Assembly (NCBI RefSeq): GCF_000981785.2
Contig: NZ_CP011304.1
Span: 2,370,001-2,402,000 of the forward strand
Length of the DNA stretch: 32,000 nt
Direction of reading: 5' to 3'
Source of the DNA: Microcystis aeruginosa NIES-2549
Lineage (GTDB): Bacteria > Cyanobacteriota > Cyanobacteriia > Cyanobacteriales > Microcystaceae
Shown here in pieces: positions 8,334-17,110 of this stretch (the stretch's first letter is position 1; each line of letters begins with the position of its first letter). The notes below the pieces were generated by a model, which saw only the letters and a program-made list of their open reading frames with translations, had not been told where the DNA came from and searched no databases. The position numbers were made by a program, and so were the translations under genes.

Positions 8334-9325
8334 AGATTATCTAGTTTTGTATAAATTTGGCCATCATTCCAGAGGGACTTAACTTGAGTTTTCAAAGCAT
8401 CCAGAAAACCTAAACTATAAAAAATTCCCCTAGAAAGGATTTTAATCGGGGAACCACCTTTATTACAGGGAGGATTGCCAAGAACGTGACAATCAAATAA
8501 TTTAGCGTAGAGTCGCAATTGTTGAGCGAGAGTGAGATTTTTCAGAGCCATCAGAAAGTGATTATGATAAAAAGTCGTCTGATAACTCAGAGAACGAGTG
8601 CTAATATCATGACAGCCGCCGGTTTCTTCCCCTAAATGAACCAGATAAGCGGTGGGAGCGTACCAGACATGATAGGGAGTCTGGCGTAACCTTAAGCAAA
8701 AATCCGATTCCTCGCGCACGGCACTGCCACGAAAGCGTTCATCGAACCAAATGCCGTATTTCGTAAATATATCCTTCCGGAAAGACATATTACAGCCCCG
8801 GGCCGAGATTACCTGCTGGGGTTTAGTGGTGTGAACAAGGTCGATGTAATACCAAGCAATGCCCGGATCCATGGCTTGGGGGGGTAAAAAGTCGATTTCG
8901 TAGGGTTTGCTGGTATCTGTCCCCATTTTTTGGGAGTCACCCAATTTCATGCGATCGAATACCCGACCGGCCACTACACCTATCTCAGGGTTCTTGACAA
9001 AATTCTCACTATGTGCCTTGAGATAATTATCCGGGAGCCGCACATCATCATCGATAAAAAGAACGATATCGCCTTGAGCGCGACGGACTCCATAATTTCT
9101 AGCACCGGGTAAACTCGCCCAATCCAGCCGATACCAGCTAATTTTGTGCTGATTAGCCAGATTTTCTAGATAGGATTGTATTTCGGGGCTGTGGGTAGCG
9201 GTTTGGTCGATAACTAATACCTCAAAATCGGGGTAATCTTGTTTGAGTAGGTCATCGAGGGTATCTTTAAGGGGTTCTTCGCGTCGATAGGTGGGTATGA
9301 TGACAGAAATCGAGGGAAAATTCAT
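8330..9325 (-). CDS. glycosyltransferase family 2
   Basis: 331-aa ORF. ISVIIPTYRREEPL N-terminus and DDD motif (LFIDDDV). Confidence 0.8.
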   Translation of the reverse strand: MNFPSISVIIPTYRREEPLKDTLDDLLKQDYPDFEVLVIDQTATHSPEIQSYLENLANQHKISWYRLDWASLPGARNYGVRRAQGDIVLFIDDDVRLPDNYLKAHSENFVKNPEIGVVAGRVFDRMKLGDSQKMGTDTSKPYEIDFLPPQAMDPGIAWYYIDLVHTTKPQQVISARGCNMSFRKDIFTKYGIWFDERFRGSAVREESDFCLRLRQTPYHVWYAPTAYLVHLGEETGGCHDISTRSLSYQTTFYHNHFLMALKNLTLAQQLRLYAKLFDCHVLGNPPCNKGGSPIKILSRGIFYSLGFLDALKTQVKSLWNDGQIYTKLDNL

Positions 9326-9327
9326 AG

Positions 9328-9399
9328 CAGTAAACAGTAATCAGTGATCAGTAAACAGTAATCAGTAATCAGTGATCGGTAAACAGTAAAAAGACAGTA
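9328..9399. repeat. heptamer array (CAGTAAA/CAGTAAT/CAGTGAT), 9 units plus degenerate tail
   Basis: Period-7 units from 9328. The array starts 3 nt from the GT2 start codon (9323-9325 on the minus strand). Confidence 0.9.
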
Positions 9400-9428
9400 G
9401 GAAACTTCTCTTTAATACTGCACACTTA

Positions 9429-9474
9429 AAAACTCAAATCTGACAACTGATAACTGATAAATGATAACTGAAAA
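9429..9474. repeat. junction box AAAACTCAAATCTG plus an inverted CAGTTAT-type array
   Basis: 9429-9442 is the exact reverse complement of 4002-4015. 9443-9474 is the reverse complement of CAGTTAT/CATTTAT/CAGTTGT units. Confidence 0.85.
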
Positions 9475-9488
9475 AGCTTATAGTAATT

Positions 9489-11216
9489 TCAAGCTAAAGA
9501 AACACCTTTGCGTTTAAATTTTAAGCCCTTTTTGGAGGATATTGTGGCGGTTTCCCCCGCCAGAATTTTGGCTTCTTTTTCCTGTTTTTCGATCACGGGT
9601 AATTTAAAAATTAGACCCGCGAATATCCAATAATAAACCCCCAGAGGATCCGTATCGAGGGCATACCAATAGGGAAGATAGGCAACAAAGAGCAACAAAA
9701 CCCAATAACTACCGGCAAAACCTCGCAGAGTCGGGTCTTTGAGGGAACGATAGGTGCGGAAGGCCAGATAAACTAGATGGGTCATGAATATCATGTACAA
9801 GGTAAAACCAATGTATCCCAACTCGAATAAAACTTTACTGTGATAGGTTTCCACAAAGGAAATATCACCGAAAATCCTAGCAGAAGATGTGGCCACACCG
9901 AGTCCACGACCTAAAATACCGCCCTGATTACGGATAGCAAAATCCAACTGTTCTTGAAGAAAAGCGGTGGGGGGAGCCTGTTGCCAACGGCTGATGGCAC
10001 TATCGTAGCGTTGTTGGACAAAATCGGGGTTAAGGAAAGAAAAACCGATAGCTAGAAGTAAAGTGGTGGCAAAAATGATCGGCAAAAATCGTTTTAAGTT
10101 AGCGATTTGTCCCGTAAGAATCGTCATCAGACCAATAATCATCGGTACAGCAAAGAAAGCTAATCTTTGCCCAGAGACCACTGCATTAATAAAAACTAGG
10201 GTTAAACCCACTAGGGCTGCTATTCGCCATTTTTGGGAAATTTCACTAAAGGCACTGGCATAACAAATTACGGCACTAGAGACCAAAAACCAAGCCCAGT
10301 GCCAGGGGGAAACAAAAGTACCTGGTAAACGGATCATATTCACTTCCGGACTATAGACTAATCCCCCACCGACCAAACACCTTGCCTCTAAGGTGGCTTT
10401 GAATAGTGCATCAGCCACGTAGCCTCTAGTTCCTACACAACGACCAGTTTTCAGCATCCAGTATTGCATTAGTCCTAGGACACAACAAATAATCACTAAA
10501 GTCACTAAAAGACGACCAAAAAATAACAGGGTGGGTTTGTCTTTGATCAAGTAATAAGTGCAGAAGATCAAGGGAACATAACCTAGCAAAACTTTAAACC
10601 CTAATAGTCCTTGTAGAAAAGTCTCACTTGTCCGACAGGGAACTCCGCGCAAACGGCCATCCCTAAACATAGTCATCCCGGCCACGGAATCGCAAGTAGG
10701 CAGAAATTGTCTCTGTAAATTGACGGCTAATAGACAGACCATACAGAAAACAAAGATTAATAATAGAGTTGTGCCTAATTGTTTCGGGACAATAATCGGT
10801 AATCGCTTTTTTCGACATTCTAAAACTAAGGCGATTAAAGCGGGTAGATAAAATATATCTTTACTAAGCTGGAGGATTTGACTACCTCCCAACCAATAGA
10901 TAATAGTGCCAGTGAAGGGGACATAGATAATAAATGCCCAAAGAGCCGCACGGGGATAGCTAAAGGAGAAAACTCCTAAAATCAAGGCTAAACTTACTGC
11001 CGCTCCTATCTTGGGATCAAATAATAAGCTGAGGGGTAATCCGATCAAAATTGCTGCACAAATGGCAAAAATAATCAACCCCGTTAACTTTTGTTTCTTT
11101 TGCCTTTCTTCTTTTTTGAGGGCAAGTTTCTCTTTGATGTTAGGTGGGCGACTATCGGCTTTTGTTTCGCCTTGTTTATGCTTTTTTTTCTTACGATCGA
11201 TACTTAGTCCGGTCAT
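9489..11216 (-). CDS. polytopic membrane protein, O-antigen ligase/polymerase-like (Wzy_C-type architecture)
   Basis: 575-aa ORF with a lysine-rich N-terminus and many hydrophobic segments. The assignment rests on architecture and the glycosyltransferase context, not on a motif I can verify. Confidence 0.45.
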   Translation of the reverse strand: MTGLSIDRKKKKHKQGETKADSRPPNIKEKLALKKEERQKKQKLTGLIIFAICAAILIGLPLSLLFDPKIGAAVSLALILGVFSFSYPRAALWAFIIYVPFTGTIIYWLGGSQILQLSKDIFYLPALIALVLECRKKRLPIIVPKQLGTTLLLIFVFCMVCLLAVNLQRQFLPTCDSVAGMTMFRDGRLRGVPCRTSETFLQGLLGFKVLLGYVPLIFCTYYLIKDKPTLLFFGRLLVTLVIICCVLGLMQYWMLKTGRCVGTRGYVADALFKATLEARCLVGGGLVYSPEVNMIRLPGTFVSPWHWAWFLVSSAVICYASAFSEISQKWRIAALVGLTLVFINAVVSGQRLAFFAVPMIIGLMTILTGQIANLKRFLPIIFATTLLLAIGFSFLNPDFVQQRYDSAISRWQQAPPTAFLQEQLDFAIRNQGGILGRGLGVATSSARIFGDISFVETYHSKVLFELGYIGFTLYMIFMTHLVYLAFRTYRSLKDPTLRGFAGSYWVLLLFVAYLPYWYALDTDPLGVYYWIFAGLIFKLPVIEKQEKEAKILAGETATISSKKGLKFKRKGVSLA

Positions 11217-11273
11217 AATTATCCCTTGCTAGGCTAGGCTAAGGGCATTATAATCCCTATCTCCCTCGATCGA

Positions 11274-12713
11274 CTACAAAAGATAGCTTCGCACCGCTTG
11301 CACTAGCCTTTCTGTCCAACAATTGGCTAATTCTAAGGTTTCTGCTTCCACCATCACCCGAATTAAGGGTTCTGTCCCGGAAGCGCGCACCAAAATTCGG
11401 CCTTTTTCTGCCATGGCTGTCTCCGCTTGGCGGATTTCCAGGCGCAAAGGTTCACATTGCTGCCAATTACGTCGCACTTCTCTATCCTCCACCCGCACAT
11501 TGCGTAAAATCTGCGGATAAGTGACAAAGCTATGATCGACTAAATTAGCCAAGGAAACCCCCGATTTCTGCACTAAAGCCGCTAAATGTAGGGCGGTTTG
11601 CATTCCATCCCCAGAAACTCCGTAATGATGGCAGAGAATATGACCGGATTGTTCGCCCCCTAGCATGGCTCCAGTTTCCCACATTTGCGCCTGAACGTGC
11701 TGATCGCCCACGGCAGTCCGCAAGAATTGGCCCCCCAGTTTTTGCCAAGCGCGTTCAAAGCCTAAATTAGCCATCACCGTCGCCACTAATAACCCATCGG
11801 GTAGCTGTCCTGCTTCTAAGAGGGAACGACCCCAAAAATAGAGGATATAATCGCCATCTACCACTCTACCTTGACTATCCACGGCCATGACCCGATCGGC
11901 ATCGCCATCGAAGGCAAACCCTAAATCCGCTTGCTGATTAATCACCGCCGCCTGTAGGCTTTCTAAATGGGTAGAACCACAATTAACGTTAATGCGATCG
12001 CCATCGGCTCGATCGTGTAGGCAGATAACTTCCGCCCCCAAAGTTTGGAATACTAAAGGTGCTAGGTTAACGGCTGCCCCCCAAGCTAGATCTAAAACTA
12101 TTTTTAATCCCGATAGGTTAATATCCGTCCCGACGGAATCAATCACAGCTTGATAATACTTTTGGATTAATTCGGGACAAAAAGTCGCTTTTCCCCAATT
12201 TTCTGGTTTATCTGCTAATTCTAAATTGCCCCTTAAACCCGCTTCTATCTGTCCTGCTAAACTGCCAGACAATTTTAAACCGCTGCCGTCAAAAAATTTA
12301 ATGCCGTTATCTTCGGGAGGATTATGACTGGCAGAAATCATGATCCCCCCCATCGCTTCGCTTTCTCTGGTTAAATAGGCGACGCAGGGAGTGGGACATA
12401 ATCCCAGTTGCCAGACTTCTATTCCCGCCCAAGTTAAACCCGCAGTGATAGCATTGGCTAACATATCACTGGAATTACGCGAATCTTGACCGATAATTAC
12501 CGGTTTGGTGACACCAGCTTGATTTTTTAATACCTGTCCTGCCCAAAATCCGATTTGTAGCGCTAGGGGGGCAGTTAATAATTCTCCCACTTGACCGCGA
12601 ATTCCGTCCGTGCCGAACAGGGGTGATGACGGTAATTCAATCAAACCCCCTAAGGATAACAGGGGATGCGATCGAGTTTTTTGTCCATTTTGATACGATA
12701 GAGAAGCTACCAT
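11274..12713 (-). CDS. glmM: phosphoglucosamine mutase
   Basis: 479-aa ORF. Phosphoserine loop [15 protein letters not shown], metal loop FDGDADR, sugar-binding GGEQSGH. Confidence 0.9.
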   Translation of the reverse strand: MVASLSYQNGQKTRSHPLLSLGGLIELPSSPLFGTDGIRGQVGELLTAPLALQIGFWAGQVLKNQAGVTKPVIIGQDSRNSSDMLANAITAGLTWAGIEVWQLGLCPTPCVAYLTRESEAMGGIMISASHNPPEDNGIKFFDGSGLKLSGSLAGQIEAGLRGNLELADKPENWGKATFCPELIQKYYQAVIDSVGTDINLSGLKIVLDLAWGAAVNLAPLVFQTLGAEVICLHDRADGDRINVNCGSTHLESLQAAVINQQADLGFAFDGDADRVMAVDSQGRVVDGDYILYFWGRSLLEAGQLPDGLLVATVMANLGFERAWQKLGGQFLRTAVGDQHVQAQMWETGAMLGGEQSGHILCHHYGVSGDGMQTALHLAALVQKSGVSLANLVDHSFVTYPQILRNVRVEDREVRRNWQQCEPLRLEIRQAETAMAEKGRILVRASGTEPLIRVMVEAETLELANCWTERLVQAVRSYLL

Positions 12714-12824
12714 GGCCGATTCCTTTCCTCACACAACACATTCAGAGGATAACATGATCACCGATTTTTTAAAATCAATGTTCCCAGTTGACCTTAATCC
12801 TCCTTCCAGGGTTCCTGACAGTCT

Positions 12825-12906
12825 GGGGAGATGGGGTGTGGGGTGTGGGAAGAATAAATAAAAATAATCTCCTGTCTCCTGAATTCTGAATCCTGCCTCC
12901 TGAATG
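12825..12906. repeat. composite repeat: GGGG-heptamers, an AT-rich core, then (TCTCCTG-type) heptamers
   Basis: ggggagatggggtgtggggtgtggg, then aagaataaataaaaataa, then period-7 units tctcctg tctcctg aattctg aatcctg cctcctg. Confidence 0.85.
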
Positions 12907-12972
12907 AAGATTGTTAATTTTTGCCAGAGGTCTAATCATTTGGTAAGCTAAAACGGTAATCTTGACCCCCGA

Positions 12973-13914
12973 ATGCGCGTGCTGATCAGTGTTGTCATCC
13001 CCACCTACAATCGCCAAGCAATCTTAAAAAAATGTTTAATCGCTCTAGAAAATCAGCGTTTAACCGATAATAAGGTGGAAAACTACGAAATAGTCGTTGT
13101 CGATGATGGCTCTACCGATGGGACAATCCCTTGGCTAGAAAGTCAAAAAGCTAATTTACCCCATCTGCAACTGTGGCAACAGGATCACGGCGGACCGGCG
13201 ATCGCTAGGAATCTGGGGGTAGAAAAAGCTCGTGGTGATACGATTATTTTTATCGATAGCGATCTGGTAGTGACAGAAAATTTTCTGCAAGCCCATGCCG
13301 AAGCTTTAACCGCCGGGGCAGCAAGTGTTGGCAGCGATCGCTTATTTACCTACGGCAGCGTCATTAATACCTGTAACTTCGAGCATCCTACCAGTGAACC
13401 CTATAAAATCACCGATTTCTCCGCCGCCTATTTTGCCACGGGCAACGTGGCGATCGCTAAAAAATGGTTATTAGCAGCGGGATTATTCGACACCCAGTTT
13501 CAACTCTACGGTTGGGAAGACTTGGAATTAGGAGTGAGATTGAAGCAATTAGGACTAAAATTAATTAAATGTCCTGAAGCCGTCGGTTATCATTGGCATC
13601 CCCCCTTTAATCTCGCACAAATTCCCAATCTCATCGATAAGGAAATTCAACGAGGACGAATGGGAGTGCTTTTTTATCAAAAACATCCCACCTGGGAAGT
13701 GCGGATGATGATTCAAATGACTTGGATTCATCGACTGTTGTGGGGTTTACTTTCCCTGGGGGGAACCCTGAATGAGCGCAGCCTCTCCCCTCTGTTACAA
13801 TGGCTAATCGATCGAGGTAAACCGCAATTAGCCCTAGAAATTGCCCGCATTTTTCTCAATTGGTACAACGTGCGCGGCGTTTATCAAGCTTATCGGGAAA
13901 TGCAGCCTCAGTGA
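12973..13914 (+). CDS. glycosyltransferase family 2
   Basis: 313-aa ORF. VVIPTYNRQAIL, VVDDGSTDGT and FIDSD motifs. Confidence 0.8.
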   Translation: MRVLISVVIPTYNRQAILKKCLIALENQRLTDNKVENYEIVVVDDGSTDGTIPWLESQKANLPHLQLWQQDHGGPAIARNLGVEKARGDTIIFIDSDLVVTENFLQAHAEALTAGAASVGSDRLFTYGSVINTCNFEHPTSEPYKITDFSAAYFATGNVAIAKKWLLAAGLFDTQFQLYGWEDLELGVRLKQLGLKLIKCPEAVGYHWHPPFNLAQIPNLIDKEIQRGRMGVLFYQKHPTWEVRMMIQMTWIHRLLWGLLSLGGTLNERSLSPLLQWLIDRGKPQLALEIARIFLNWYNVRGVYQAYREMQPQ

Positions 13915-14198
13915 AATGTCTTGCCAAACACCGATGCGGTGTGACAGGATTTAGCATCGACAACCGACTCCCTAAAACCAGAGACTTTGTACCTCACCAT
14001 CGAGATAACTGCCCTAAAGGGCAACATTTGCCCAGAAAAAACTGAATATTTTCTTTCTTTTTCTGATAATTGCTGCCACAATCAAAAGCAATCGGCAGCG
14101 AGAGCGGCGGAAAACACTGACCACCTTTGCCCCTTGTCAATTATCGTCCGAGATTGGGCATATTTAGAAGTAAATTTTCCTAGAGGAGGAATCCCATA

Positions 14199-15368
14199 AT
14201 GAGTATCGTCGATATTTTAATCGGTTTTGTCGGTGGAGGTGCGATCGGGGGTGGGGCTTTATATGCCCTCCAAGAGGGAAAAATCAGGGAAGCACTGCAA
14301 AAATATGAGAAAATTCAGGCGGCTTTAGGTGAAACCGAAGCAGAGTTAAAAGACAGCCAAGGACAGTTTGGCAATATCGAAGCCACCTATAAAGAAGAAG
14401 TGGCTAAACTGCAAAAAGAGTTAGAAGACAGCCAAAGACGTTTACAAGAGCCAGCAGGCGCAAATCCAGTTCAAGCCATGGAAGTTGCCTATAAAACCCA
14501 AATTCAGGAACTTGAACAGGAATACGAAACTAAAATCGAGGAATTGCGCCAAAGCTATCAAAGTCAAATTCGCGAGATTATCGACGGGAAGCAAGCAGAA
14601 ATAGAAGCCCTGCGTCAAAGTCAACAGGCGCAGATTCTAGCATTAGAAAATGGCTATCAGTCACAAATTCAACAACTAGAACAGATTGCTCAAAGCCAAC
14701 TGTTAGAACTACAAAAAGCTCCCCAAGCATTAGTGGCGGAGCCGTCTATTCAAGAAGATGATCAAACCACTCAAATTATTGAACCCTGGGATGATTTCCC
14801 CGATAGCCCCAGTGATGGTTTTATCACCGAAGAAACCCTAGGATTGGAAACGGAATTTGCTCCTGAAAGGCCGCCAGAAAACCCAGTTTCTCAACCAGAA
14901 TTAGCCAGTGACATCAATCCCTTTGATGGTTTTATCACTGAAGAAACCCCAGTATTCGACCCAGAATTCACTCCTGAGATGGAGATGTTTGGCCAAGAGG
15001 AAGAAACTAGAATGATCAGTAGTCTAGGAGAATTATCGGGTAATTATGATCGGATATTCGGTCAAGAAACCGTTAGCAGTGACACCAGTTTCTCTGATTT
15101 ATTAGCCACCGATGCGGAAAAATTCGCTGCTGCCCAAAATTCTCTAGATGACTTATTTGCCGATACTGCTGACAGCGATATACCCGAATTATTCGATCCT
15201 TTTGCCGCAGAAACCCCTAAAGTTGCTTCTGTTCCGAGTGACCAAGAAGAACTAGATTTCTTCAGTATGTGGGATGATGAAGAAATGGGCGATCTAGAAT
15301 CCCTACCTTCTGAGGAAGAACTGCCCCTTGATGATCTATTTAAATTGGAGCAAGAGGACTCCCGTTAA
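14199..15368 (+). CDS. hypothetical membrane-anchored coiled-coil protein with a very acidic repetitive C-terminal region
   Basis: 389-aa ORF. GGAGGA lies 8 nt upstream of the ATG. It has an N-terminal Gly-rich hydrophobic segment (ILIGFVGGGAIGGGALYAL) and a Q/E-rich heptad-like region. A duplicated DGFITEET module is also visible as a 24/25-nt DNA repeat (14814-14838 vs 14925-14949). Confidence 0.7.
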   Translation: MSIVDILIGFVGGGAIGGGALYALQEGKIREALQKYEKIQAALGETEAELKDSQGQFGNIEATYKEEVAKLQKELEDSQRRLQEPAGANPVQAMEVAYKTQIQELEQEYETKIEELRQSYQSQIREIIDGKQAEIEALRQSQQAQILALENGYQSQIQQLEQIAQSQLLELQKAPQALVAEPSIQEDDQTTQIIEPWDDFPDSPSDGFITEETLGLETEFAPERPPENPVSQPELASDINPFDGFITEETPVFDPEFTPEMEMFGQEEETRMISSLGELSGNYDRIFGQETVSSDTSFSDLLATDAEKFAAAQNSLDDLFADTADSDIPELFDPFAAETPKVASVPSDQEELDFFSMWDDEEMGDLESLPSEEELPLDDLFKLEQEDSR

Positions 15369-15622
15369 ACCGCGAAGCGGTTAGCGGGGGAATGTCAAGG
15401 GAGCAGAAGACAGAATTTCTTCCCCGGCCGATTTCTGGCTTCCGACCTTCCTAATCGGCGCAACCATAGGGGGCTGTGGCCATCTCCCCCTATCCCCATA
15501 CCACAAAATAGTTTAAAAACTGTATCAAAAGTAACAGACATGAGAAACAAAAACAAATAAGATGCGCTAGGGTGCCATGCCCCAACTTAACTTTACCCAA
15601 TCTTACCTAAGGAGATTTCCCA

Positions 15623-16288
15623 GTGAAACTCGCTATTAGACCCCTTGTTTTATCCACTGCCACTTTCGGCTTAATGTTGGGTGTGTCACAAAACGCCCAA
15701 GCCGCTGGCCTGATTCCCAGAGTCACTGCCTCAACTGCAAATTCAGCGTCTGGCTGGAATATAGCCAATACCGTCAACGGAGTCGGCCTGCCCTCTAATA
15801 CCCCAAGTCTGACGGAAAATCACAATGTGACAAATAGTACTAATTCTTGGCGGACAAATACGATTCCAGTTGGCACACCATTAAGTTCAGTTACTATCGA
15901 ATTTAACTTCAATCGTATCTACAATCTCGCTGGGTTTAGTTTCTGGAACCTTAGCAGTTCTTCCGCCACTCAAGGGATTAATACCTTGACGATTGAATAT
16001 AAACTAAATACAGGAGCTTGGACTACTCTGACTGGCCCTGGCGTTCCTCTTGCCTTCGCGCAGGGTACTACTTCGACCACTAGCTCTATTTCCCCACAAG
16101 TGTTCAATTTTAGCCCAGTCTATGCGACTAATGTTAGATTTAGCAACATGACTAACCATGGGGGCAGTGGCAATAATCGTCGTCTTGGTTTCTCAGAAAT
16201 TCAATTTCGCTCAATCCCGGAACCTTCTTCCACCCTTGCTCTGTTAGCTTTGGGTTTAGGGGGTGTTGGTTTGAGAAAAAGAGTTTAA
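15623..16288 (+). CDS. PEP-CTERM sorting-domain secreted protein with a discoidin/F5-8-type-C-like body
   Basis: GTG start with AAGGAG 8 nt upstream. Signal peptide ending AQAAG. C-terminal IPEPSSTLALLALGLGGVGLRKRV (PEP motif, TM, basic tail). LGFSEIQF resembles the end of F5/8 type C domains. Confidence 0.8.
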   Translation: MKLAIRPLVLSTATFGLMLGVSQNAQAAGLIPRVTASTANSASGWNIANTVNGVGLPSNTPSLTENHNVTNSTNSWRTNTIPVGTPLSSVTIEFNFNRIYNLAGFSFWNLSSSSATQGINTLTIEYKLNTGAWTTLTGPGVPLAFAQGTTSTTSSISPQVFNFSPVYATNVRFSNMTNHGGSGNNRRLGFSEIQFRSIPEPSSTLALLALGLGGVGLRKRV

Positions 16289-16641
16289 TCTTTAAGATGA
16301 TAGGTTGGGCTATGGGATAACACCATGAAACCAATCTAATTACTTAAAGCAACCAACAGGGAAAAATCTAAATCTTAGGTAAAGTTGCGTCAATGGTCTT
16401 TGCAGCAATAAGCGGGGCAGTGGAATTCTTGGCTAGAGAATAAATCGTTAGCTTCTCACCAATTGAATAAACTGTCCCCCGTCCCTAGCAGATTTGACAT
16501 TTTCCCAATCGTGACGCAAAAAATAAAGGTTTGGTCAGCCCCATGGTTACTCCTTGCAAGGGGGAGTTTTTTGCTGGAAAACCAGTGTTCGCTTGCACCG
16601 CGAAGCGGTTAGCGGGAAATGAATTGCGACCAGTAAAAAAA

Positions 16642-17058
16642 CTAACGCGATAGCGTTTCCTTAGACGGAGTAGCTTGATTCTCAACATATTTTTTTAGTT
16701 GTTCAACAGTTACTCCACCACAAGTAGCGACAAAATAAGAACCAGTCCAAAAATGAGGTTTTCCATAAAAATATTTCTTGGCTAAATCAGGATATTCTTT
16801 TCTAATTAATCGACTACTAACGGTTTTTAAGTTAGCGCTCAAAACCGATAGGTTTTTGTCAGGTTTATACTCGATCAATAAATGAACATGATCTGATTCT
16901 CCATTAAACTCCAAAAGTTGACAATCCCATTTAAGGAGATTTTCAGCAAAAATATCTTTTAATCTTGTCAAAATTTCTGCACTTATAGCTTTTCTGCGAT
17001 ATTTCACCACAAAGACTATAGACAGACCTAAATCCATGATGATAAATACTTGACACAT
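16642..17058 (-). CDS. tnpA: IS200/IS605 family Y1 (HUH) transposase TnpA
   Basis: 138-aa ORF. KYRRK segment, HUH motif (SDHVHLLIEY), C-terminal Tyr region (QLKKYVENQ). The start could instead be the internal MDL codon. Confidence 0.85.
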   Translation of the reverse strand: MCQVFIIMDLGLSIVFVVKYRRKAISAEILTRLKDIFAENLLKWDCQLLEFNGESDHVHLLIEYKPDKNLSVLSANLKTVSSRLIRKEYPDLAKKYFYGKPHFWTGSYFVATCGGVTVEQLKKYVENQATPSKETLSR

Positions 17059-17110
17059 CCAAAGCGGTAAGTGTTATAGTTGTATAGTAGCACTCCGCCG
17101 GTCGGTACTA

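Noticed and set aside
12775-13017. 80-aa minus-strand ORF across the glmM/GT2 spacer
   Set aside because: It is a translation of the heptamer and G-rich repeats (PTPHTPSPQ...). It overlaps the GT2 start and is typical of spurious repeat-derived ORFs.
13860-14199. ORFs 13860-14045 and 13987-14199 in the leader of the acidic-protein gene
   Set aside because: No RBS and an odd composition. One overlaps the GT2 3' end. They are treated as non-coding leader.
16549-16572. Possible terminator (ACTCC...GGAGT followed by a T run) left of the IS hairpin
   Set aside because: The stem is only 5 bp with a 9-nt loop. It may simply be part of the IS left end or the target site, so it is too weak to call.
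16485-16688. 67-aa minus-strand ORF across the IS left end
   Set aside because: It overlaps the tnpA 3' end and the hairpin box and resembles no known family. It is probably fortuitous.
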